Notes under the pieces: model-generated
The model's input: the letters and a program-made list of their open reading frames with translations, nothing else
The model's database searches: none
Told to the model about the DNA's origin: nothing
UHGV virus genome: UHGV-0119078
Reading direction: 5' to 3' (one strand)
DNA: 10,730 nt
Source of the DNA: a virus
Made by a program: the position numbers and the translations under genes
In this document: positions 1-4,922 of the stretch, piece by piece
How the letters are laid out: each line of letters begins with the position of its first letter
How positions within the stretch are numbered: the first letter of the stretch is position 1

Positions 1-42
1 TAAAATCGAGACCTGGTTTTTCTACTGAAATGATTATGACTT

Positions 43-55
43 CAATGACCCTTGA
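43..55. repeat. Left copy of 13-bp perfect direct repeat CAATGACCCTTGA (candidate attL core)
   Basis: Identical 13-mer at 43..55 and 10676..10688; flanks differ immediately outside the repeat; right copy lies about 90 bp from the start of the large serine recombinase gene. Confidence 0.45.
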
Positions 56-110
56 ATGAAGTCTATTCGGTTTTCTAAGAGACCTGTTAATTACAGGACA
101 ATATCAGGTG

Positions 111-135
111 TAGTTGGGCTTGTTCCAACCCCTAT
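111..135. repeat. Left copy of 25-bp direct repeat TAGTTGGGCTTGT(T/A)CCAACCCCTAT
   Basis: 24/25 identity with 2914..2938; contains dyad GTTGG-N7-CCAAC. Confidence 0.6.
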
Positions 136-312
136 GACTATGCAATTTAACGGTATTTTTCCAAGTATCTAAGCAGTTTTACACAGATTCTATGCAGTAT
201 CGGTATAGTCCCTTTTTAGCATAACTTATTGAAATATATAAAGAATCTTTGAAGTCTCTTTTCAGGGTAAACTGTATCGTGTTAGTCGTCCCTCTCTCGA
301 CTCCTAGAAAAG

Positions 313-345
313 TGCTATATACAGGGCTATATAACGCTATCTATG
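313..345. promoter_or_regulatory. Three iterated GCTATATA/GCTATCTA motifs at about 10-12 bp spacing, downstream of the small recombinase gene
   Basis: GCTATATA at 314..321 and 326..333, GCTATCTA at 336..343; reverse complement of the TATAGC motifs found upstream of the recombinase gene (1097..1200). Confidence 0.3.
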
Positions 346-462
346 CAGTTGGTCACACAGAATAACTATCAAGCTGCTTAACAGTTTCTTACGTGAAAGT
401 TATTTCTGAGGGTGGGTAAGTGTTCAGGAGATTTTGCGTAGGACACGCTTAGAGAGTGGATA

Positions 463-488
463 CAAAAAAGCCCCCATGAAGGAGGCTA
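463..488 (-). terminator. Rho-independent terminator candidate for the small serine recombinase gene
   Basis: On the minus strand: stem AGCCUCC / GGGGGCU (7 bp, one G-U pair), loop UUCAU, followed by U6 (plus-strand A6 at 464..469). Confidence 0.45.
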
Positions 489-513
489 TGAAGATGCTAC
501 TAAGTTTTTTTTT

Positions 514-1089
514 TTACAGTGTCTTTGTCCAGTGACGGCTAACCGTTCTTACAGAGAGATTCAGAAGCTTTGCAACCTGACTTTGTGACAATCCCTTTGC
601 CTTATGCTCTAAAACGGCCTCTGTAGTGTTCACAGCTACAGGACGACCCAACACCTTACCTTGTGCTTTAACACGCTGTAGACCCTGCTTAGTACGCTCT
701 CTGATGCGGTTACGTTCGAACTCTGCAAAAGCCCCGAACATTTGAAGCATCATTCTACCTTCTGGCTTGGATAAGTCCTGTATGGGCAAGTCTAAGCAAA
801 TTAGCTTAATCCCTTTTGCAATGAGCATATCAACCGTTTTCTGTAGGTCGATACAATCACGTCCTAAACGGTCAAGCTTGAGAACCACCAGCGTATCACC
901 AGCCTCTAGTTTATGTGTGACCAAGTTAGAGAACTCTTTACGCTCCATAGCAGCCACTGAACCGGATACTACTTCTTCTATGATTCGTGTCTTAGGGATT
1001 GTGTAACCTGCATTCTTGATGGCTTCAATCTGGTTCTCATTGGTGGAGTCATCAACTGATACACGACAGTAAGCAAAGATGCGTGACAT
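514..1089 (-). CDS. Small serine recombinase, resolvase/invertase family (Hin/Gin/TnpR-like)
   Basis: 191-aa ORF; N-terminal catalytic block YCRVS, conserved GDTLVVLKLDRLGRD and ERTKQGLQRVKAQGKVLGRP blocks closely resembling Hin/Gin and Tn3-type resolvases; C-terminal HTH-like region; SD-like AAGGGA upstream of the ATG. Confidence 0.85.
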   Translation of the reverse strand: MSRIFAYCRVSVDDSTNENQIEAIKNAGYTIPKTRIIEEVVSGSVAAMERKEFSNLVTHKLEAGDTLVVLKLDRLGRDCIDLQKTVDMLIAKGIKLICLDLPIQDLSKPEGRMMLQMFGAFAEFERNRIRERTKQGLQRVKAQGKVLGRPVAVNTTEAVLEHKAKGLSQSQVAKLLNLSVRTVSRHWTKTL

Positions 1090-1096
1090 GTTCTAT

Positions 1097-1200
1097 CCCT
1101 TCTATATAGCCAACAAAGGCCTGTCTTGCTTGTCTATAGCCATTAAATCAATTATCACAATTGTTGTCTATAGCTACAGCTACCTTTTTATATAGACACT
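1097..1200. promoter_or_regulatory. Cluster of TGTCTATAGC-type motifs in both orientations immediately upstream of the small recombinase gene (candidate res-like/accessory binding region and promoter)
   Basis: TCTATATAGCC 1101..1111, TGTCTATAGCC 1131..1141, TGTCTATAGCT 1165..1175, inverted TATATAGACA 1190..1199; 1165..1199 forms an imperfect 35-bp palindrome (TGTCTATA ... TATAGACA). Confidence 0.4.
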
Positions 1201-1544
1201 TAACGGGCGTTTGTTGTCATGTGTATTTATACAGTTAAAGACCTCGATAGATGCCTTTATAGCAACTCACAGAGAAAGTCAATGATATTTGGCTTTTTTG
1301 CAAAGGGGGTCACATAGCTGGTGTGACGGGTACTTAGCAGACATACAGATATTTTCGAAGATTCGGGGAAGATGAGATTCAAAGAGGGCTAGTCATTTTT
1401 TATAAAAATTTTCAGAGACTGAAAAGTTACTGTACAGATTTTGCACAATCTTACCAAGCCTCATAGTTGATTCGATTAGAAGCTAATCTCATAGAAAGCT
1501 CTGTAGCGAGTTTTAACCCCATTTTTAGGGGTAACCTATAGGGA

Positions 1545-1641
1545 TGTACTAACCACCTTAAAATAAAGGGGTAAAATCGCTTAGAATGCGTTACAGAGCG
1601 TCTGAGAAGCCATATTCACAGATTTTACTAAAGTCTCAGAC
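1545..1641. repeat. Left arm of about 97-bp imperfect inverted repeat (pairs with 4417..4513)
   Basis: Ungapped alignment of 1545..1641 with the reverse complement of 4417..4513 gives about 69% identity, with core blocks 27/31 (1581..1611 vs 4447..4477) and 12/13 (1629..1641 vs 4417..4429); both arms begin with TGT at the outer end. Confidence 0.7.
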
Positions 1642-1661
1642 TTCTAAGTGGTCTTTTTAAC

Positions 1662-1710
1662 AGGAGGGGTTCCCCTATGGTCACATATCCCCTCTCTCTC
1701 CCGCTTAGTG
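1662..1710 (+). repeat. Copy 1 of a three-member motif family: G-rich hairpin followed by TCTCCCGCTTAGTG
   Basis: AGGAGGGGTTCCCCT hairpin then GGTCACAT then TCTCCCGCTTAGTG (1697..1710, identical 14-mer also at 2371..2384). Confidence 0.5.
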
Positions 1711-2114
1711 TCCCTTGATAGTATCTAGAGAGTATGCCTGTAAAACTTCTATATCAGGTCAGATTTAGAGGGTTTGATAGAATCTTCAAAGGTACTTGAC
1801 AGATAACTATGAAGTTGCCAGGAAGGAGTGTTTAACGGGAGGAAAGATACGATATAACCCGAAGGGGAGAGTATCATCTTAACAATTATCTTAAGAATAA
1901 AAACTGAAAAATTCTTAACAGAACTACCAAGAGGGAGCGATAAGACCAGAGGTAGTGACCTTGTTAAATAGGCCGTTTCAAAGCTCTTAAGAGTTTGTTA
2001 AGTAATGGCTATGTGAACAATCTTACCACTTTGTCAATGCTTTTGTCTTTGACCTAAATCAATAAAATGTATCGTTTGATGCACTTTTAAACAAAATAGC
2101 TAAAAAATCTTTTT

Positions 2115-2163
2115 AGAGGGGCGCTTCGCTTGGGGTCACTATGTTCTTTCTCTCCCGTTAAGA
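2115..2163 (+). repeat. Copy 2 (divergent) of the G-rich hairpin / TCTCTCCCG motif family
   Basis: AGAGGGGCGCTTCGCTTGGGGTCACT ... TTTCTCTCCCGTTAAG; shares GGGGTCAC and TCTCTCCCG with the copies at 1662 and 2338. Confidence 0.4.
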
Positions 2164-2337
2164 GGGAAGTTACAGGGACATTTCAAAGCCCTGATAAGGT
2201 AAGCCCGATGATAACAGAAACAGAGGGCAAAACCACTTATCAACACTGTGAACGAATAACGTAAAGGGCTGGTTAAGAAGGTCGGTTTAGGGATTGGTAG
2301 ATGATTCGGATGAAGCATCCTCATAACAATACCAATT

Positions 2338-2384
2338 AGAAGGGAGCTTCCCTTTCTTGGGTGTCGCTCTTCTCCCGCTTAGTG
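2338..2384 (+). repeat. Copy 3 of the G-rich hairpin / TCTCCCGCTTAGTG motif family
   Basis: AGAAGGGAGCTTCCCTTTC hairpin then TCTTCTCCCGCTTAGTG; 14-mer 2371..2384 identical to 1697..1710. Confidence 0.5.
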
Positions 2385-2413
2385 GATTGATTAAGAAGAC
2401 CTCTGAAGTTTCT

Positions 2414-2584
2414 CTGTGAAGGTGCTGGACAGCCTTATATATGGCTAATTACAACTTATTGAAAAATAAGAACTTTTAGAAGTTACTGTTAAGGTTACGG
2501 AGTTAACTGTGAAGAGACTTGTCAGTTCTCTATATATGGCTAATTACAACTTATTGAAAAATAAGAACTTTTAGAAGTTACTGT
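2414..2584 (+). repeat. Tandem direct repeat, two units (2414..2489 and 2507..2584) with a perfect 54-bp core (2436..2489 = 2531..2584)
   Basis: Core TATATATGGCTAATTACAACTTATTGAAAAATAAGAACTTTTAGAAGTTACTGT is identical in both units; each core holds a 6-bp stem with GAAA tetraloop (CTTATT-GAAA-AATAAG) and an adjacent 5-bp hairpin (AACTT-TTAG-AAGTT); units share CTGTGAAG upstream with a divergent linker. Confidence 0.75.
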
Positions 2585-2684
2585 CAGAGAGGTGAATACT
2601 TGATAGATACAGCTTTCCGGTTCTGTCAAGAGGTTTCACTACCCACCAGCTAAAAATATTTCAGAGGCGGGAGTGATGGGGGGG

Positions 2685-2861
2685 TTAGGACGGGTCTTTG
2701 TGGTCATTATCCTTAAGGTCAAGCGTCCATGTACGACCGAACAGTTTAAAGACAACAAGCACTCTGACGAGGACGTAGCGGAGTAACAGACCTGCAATCA
2801 GCCCGATACCTCCACCAGCCCATACATCAGGTGACCCCAGTTCAGGAGGGAGATTTACCAT
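2685..2861 (-). CDS. Candidate small membrane protein (58 aa from internal ATG with AGGAAA SD-like sequence; 70 aa if started at 2897)
   Basis: ORF encodes one strongly hydrophobic segment (WAGGGIGLIAGLLLRYVLVRVLVVFKLF) followed by a charged tail; locally GC-richer than surroundings. No recognisable family; could be spurious. Confidence 0.3.
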   Translation of the reverse strand: MVNLPPELGSPDVWAGGGIGLIAGLLLRYVLVRVLVVFKLFGRTWTLDLKDNDHKDPS

Positions 2862-2913
2862 TAAATTTCCTGTGTGCAATGCAATACCATGTGACATACA
2901 TAGTTGATTCGGT

Positions 2914-2938
2914 TAGTTGGGCTTGTACCAACCCCTAT
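2914..2938. repeat. Right copy of 25-bp direct repeat TAGTTGGGCTTGT(T/A)CCAACCCCTAT
   Basis: 24/25 identity with 111..135; lies just upstream (on the minus strand) of the small membrane ORF and about 90 bp upstream of the 3026 promoter. Confidence 0.6.
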
Positions 2939-3025
2939 CGAATAAACCTCATAGCCACGCCTTTATATTTTACTCTCCCCATAGAACCATTATACCACAG
3001 ATGTTAATAAAATGTTAAAAAATAC

Positions 3026-3054
3026 TTGACATTAGTCTTTGAAAATGCTAGTAT
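3026..3054 (+). promoter_or_regulatory. Sigma70/SigA-type promoter for the 3106..4417 operon
   Basis: Consensus -35 TTGACA (3026..3031), 17-bp spacer, extended -10 TGcTAGTAT (3046..3054), followed by ATTGTATATATA element shared with the 4553 promoter. Confidence 0.55.
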
Positions 3055-3105
3055 TGTATATATAAGTTAACAGAATAATAACATCTTATGAGGGTCGGAA
3101 CATGA

Positions 3106-3663
3106 ATGAGAGACGCAGAATTTAGAGCGATGCTTCAGGCATCGAGACAACGTAACAAGCACAACTCCTACGCTTACACAAACTCCCCCACCAGCCACGA
3201 ATTACCCAAGTTTACCAAGAAAGAACGCAAAGGCATTGACGAAGTAATTCGGGCAATTACACCGAGGAACCGTTACATGCCAACACGCAAAACAACAAAG
3301 AACAGCATCAAGAATTATCTGGCTAGCTTTGACAGCTACGCGCAACTACCGAGCAAGCTTGATGATATTTTTATTGGATTTTGCAGAAGCGAGGGTCACC
3401 AGAAATACAACCAGAAGGTTTTTTATTTACTGCGAAGTCTTGATGAAATTAACTCAGCCACCGTGACAAATCATCTTCAGCGTCAAGCAACCAGACTTAG
3501 CCATGAATTACCAAGCGATAAATATTGCGCTTTGCTTGCTGTAATGTGCGCAAAGTTAATTGGTGTTGTTGAGCATCATATTGCCGTTGGAAATATTGAG
3601 CCAATGGAAAACGAGCAACCAGATTTCGAGTTTGACCCGTATTTAGTTACAGAGGAATTTTAA
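3106..3663 (+). CDS. Hypothetical protein (185 aa), basic N-terminus, acidic C-terminal tail
   Basis: Intact ORF directly downstream of the predicted promoter; GAGGG SD-like sequence upstream; stop codon directly abuts the next ATG (TAAATG). No family recognised. Confidence 0.65.
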   Translation: MRDAEFRAMLQASRQRNKHNSYAYTNSPTSHELPKFTKKERKGIDEVIRAITPRNRYMPTRKTTKNSIKNYLASFDSYAQLPSKLDDIFIGFCRSEGHQKYNQKVFYLLRSLDEINSATVTNHLQRQATRLSHELPSDKYCALLAVMCAKLIGVVEHHIAVGNIEPMENEQPDFEFDPYLVTEEF

Positions 3664-3942
3664 ATGAAGAAACACACTTTGACCCGTATTTCAGAGGAAG
3701 CTTTTAACGAGCTTACCAGAATTAAACGAGCTACTAACTTGCCTCATCAAACTGTAATGCAGCTTGCAATTGCTAAAGAGGTCACTGAGTCGGATTTACT
3801 TAAATATCCAGTCTCTAAAGGTCGTAAGCACATCCGAATTACTCAGGACGCTTTAGATACTTTGAAGGCACTTAACGGCTTTAAGATTGATATTGCCCGA
3901 CTATTGAGCATCAAAATTAACAAGCTATCTCAAGAGGTCTGA
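3664..3942 (+). CDS. Hypothetical small protein (92 aa)
   Basis: ORF tightly packed between the upstream and downstream genes (2-nt gap to next ATG), consistent with an operon. No family recognised. Confidence 0.6.
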   Translation: MKKHTLTRISEEAFNELTRIKRATNLPHQTVMQLAIAKEVTESDLLKYPVSKGRKHIRITQDALDTLKALNGFKIDIARLLSIKINKLSQEV

Positions 3943-3944
3943 CT

Positions 3945-4217
3945 ATGAAGCAATGGCGAGATGATATTAAACGGTTCTTTGCAACTTACTTCATGATTAA
4001 TTACGAAACAGGAATGCTTGAATGGATTGATGGTGGAGAGGTTAAGACAAGAGATGACGCTTACGGTAATCCAATGATTCGTTATGGCACTCGTGATTAT
4101 TATGTGAAATATGTCATCTGGTTTTTGCATCATGAAGTTCAGGCAACTAAAAAAATTATCTTCAGGGATGGTAATAAAAGAAATTGCCACCCAAACAATT
4201 TACTACTGGAGATTTAA
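3945..4217 (+). CDS. HNH-like small protein (HNH_3-type fold), probably degenerate at the catalytic histidine
   Basis: 90-aa ORF with NYETGMLEW (matches the Y-x-ETG-x-x-x-W N-terminal signature of phage HNH_3 proteins) and a C-terminal IIFRDGNKRNCHPNNLLL block aligning with the IDHxDGN...N..NL HNH core, but with Phe/Arg where the catalytic His is expected. Confidence 0.5.
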   Translation: MKQWRDDIKRFFATYFMINYETGMLEWIDGGEVKTRDDAYGNPMIRYGTRDYYVKYVIWFLHHEVQATKKIIFRDGNKRNCHPNNLLLEI

Positions 4218-4417
4218 TGCTATGTATTAAATTCGAATATTTGACAGATAAAATGATTAAGCATGTATCAGACCTGCTCATCAAAGAAGGTGGTTTCGGT
4301 GATGCTTGCAATCCAAAAGATATCTTCATTCATGCCACCAGCCCAAACGCAACACTAAAGACAGCAGTTACAGCGGAATGGTTTGAACGAAATAAAGCGG
4401 AATTAGGTTATTGGTAG
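4217..4417 (+). CDS. Hypothetical small protein (66 aa), translationally coupled to the HNH-like gene
   Basis: ATG at 4217 overlaps the upstream TAA stop (TAATG); GGAG 5 nt upstream. The longer ORF-track start at 4184 lacks an RBS. No family recognised. Confidence 0.45.
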   Translation: MLCIKFEYLTDKMIKHVSDLLIKEGGFGDACNPKDIFIHATSPNATLKTAVTAEWFERNKAELGYW

Positions 4418-4513
4418 TCCGAGACTTTAAGAGAAATTAGAAAAACAGCTTCTCAGACGCTCTCAATCGCATTCTAACGCAAAAAACTACCTTATTTTAG
4501 GGTGGGTAACACA
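4417..4513. repeat. Right arm of about 97-bp imperfect inverted repeat (pairs with 1545..1641)
   Basis: See left arm; this arm starts at the stop codon of the 4217..4417 ORF and ends about 40 bp before the 4553 promoter. Confidence 0.7.
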
Positions 4514-4552
4514 GTAAATAAGAATTGATGTTACCAATCTGTTAAAAAGCTG

Positions 4553-4581
4553 TTGACAAATAACCTTAAGCATGACATAAT
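4553..4581 (+). promoter_or_regulatory. Sigma70/SigA-type promoter for the 4923..9034 gene set
   Basis: Consensus -35 TTGACA (4553..4558), 17-bp spacer, extended -10 TGaCATAAT (4573..4581), followed by ATTGTATATATA (4580..4591), identical to the element at 3053..3064. Confidence 0.5.
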
Positions 4582-4848
4582 TGTATATATAGGGAGAGCA
4601 ATTCTCCTTGAATTAAACTATTAATCGTTCTACATCAATGATAGTTGTTTTGAGTTGGAAAGGTGCAATGCTTTTCGTCATGGCCTATTTAGCCCACACT
4701 AGATAGGCTATCTCAAAAAGTACTCTTGTTCATTCGTTTGAATCCCTTAGATGTTTTAATTTCTTCACCTTATGAATGGCCCTTTATAAGAAATTATCTA
4801 GGGCTATTCAGTTTTTAAAAAGCATACTTGGCAAACCGCCTTTTAAGT

Positions 4849-4913
4849 CTCTTCTAAGTTTGTAGGCTGTCAGGTGTGCTTTTTAAAAACTGAAATACTT
4901 TAGCTTAGAAGAG
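4849..4913 (+). promoter_or_regulatory. 5-prime-UTR hairpin predicted to sequester the ribosome-binding site of the 4923 gene
   Basis: Perfect 10-bp inverted repeat CTCTTCTAAG (4849..4858) / CTTAGAAGAG (4904..4913) with a 45-nt loop; the 3-prime arm overlaps the SD (GAAGAGG) 10 nt upstream of the ATG; the UTR from the predicted promoter is about 330 nt. Confidence 0.35.
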
Positions 4914-4922
4914 GAAAAAACA

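Larger units (their letters stand above)
1201..2684. other. ORF-free, hairpin-dense, repeat-rich region; candidate structured noncoding RNA gene(s) or replication-origin-like region
   Basis: No plus-strand ORF of meaningful size across about 1.5 kb in an otherwise gene-dense element; purine-rich tracts; many perfect short hairpins (e.g. TTAAGAAT/ATTCTTAA 1891..1918, GTCACA-N7-TGTGAC 1310..1328); three repeat families. Function not determinable by eye. Confidence 0.3.

Noticed and set aside
505-515. T11 homopolymer (A11 on the minus strand) as a phase-variation tract for the recombinase
   Set aside because: The tract begins within or after the stop codon of the recombinase gene, so length changes would not alter the reading frame; more likely part of the 3-prime UTR.
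767-1006. 79-aa plus-strand ORF
   Set aside because: Lies entirely antisense within the well-supported serine recombinase gene, has no RBS, and has a low-complexity Ser-rich translation; treated as spurious.
2139-2324. 61-aa minus-strand ORF
   Set aside because: No RBS and no recognisable features; it overlaps the repeat and hairpin motifs of the ORF-free region; most likely a chance ORF.
2414-2584. CRISPR array
   Set aside because: Only two repeat units, repeat length about 54-77 bp, no regular spacer architecture and no cas genes; inconsistent with CRISPR.
3930-4190. 86-aa minus-strand ORF
   Set aside because: Antisense to the tightly packed HNH-like gene of the plus-strand operon; no RBS; spurious.
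4184-4216. ATG start at 4184 for the small ORF ending at 4417
   Set aside because: It would overlap the HNH-like gene by 34 nt with no RBS; the in-frame ATG at 4217 has GGAG 5 nt upstream and overlaps the upstream stop codon (TAATG), the typical coupling arrangement.
1545-4513. Autonomous DDE transposon or IS element defined by the TGT-tipped inverted repeats
   Set aside because: No transposase-like ORF lies between the repeats and no target-site duplication is evident (flanks GGGA versus GTAAA); at most a non-autonomous derivative, so it is kept only as an alternative in the main finding.
1090-4520. Canonical hix/gix-type 26-bp inversion sites (TT.TC.AAAACC half-sites)
   Set aside because: No convincing match to the Hin/Gin crossover-site consensus was found near either inverted-repeat arm or flanking the recombinase gene; the invertible-segment hypothesis therefore rests on the long inverted repeats and gene context only.
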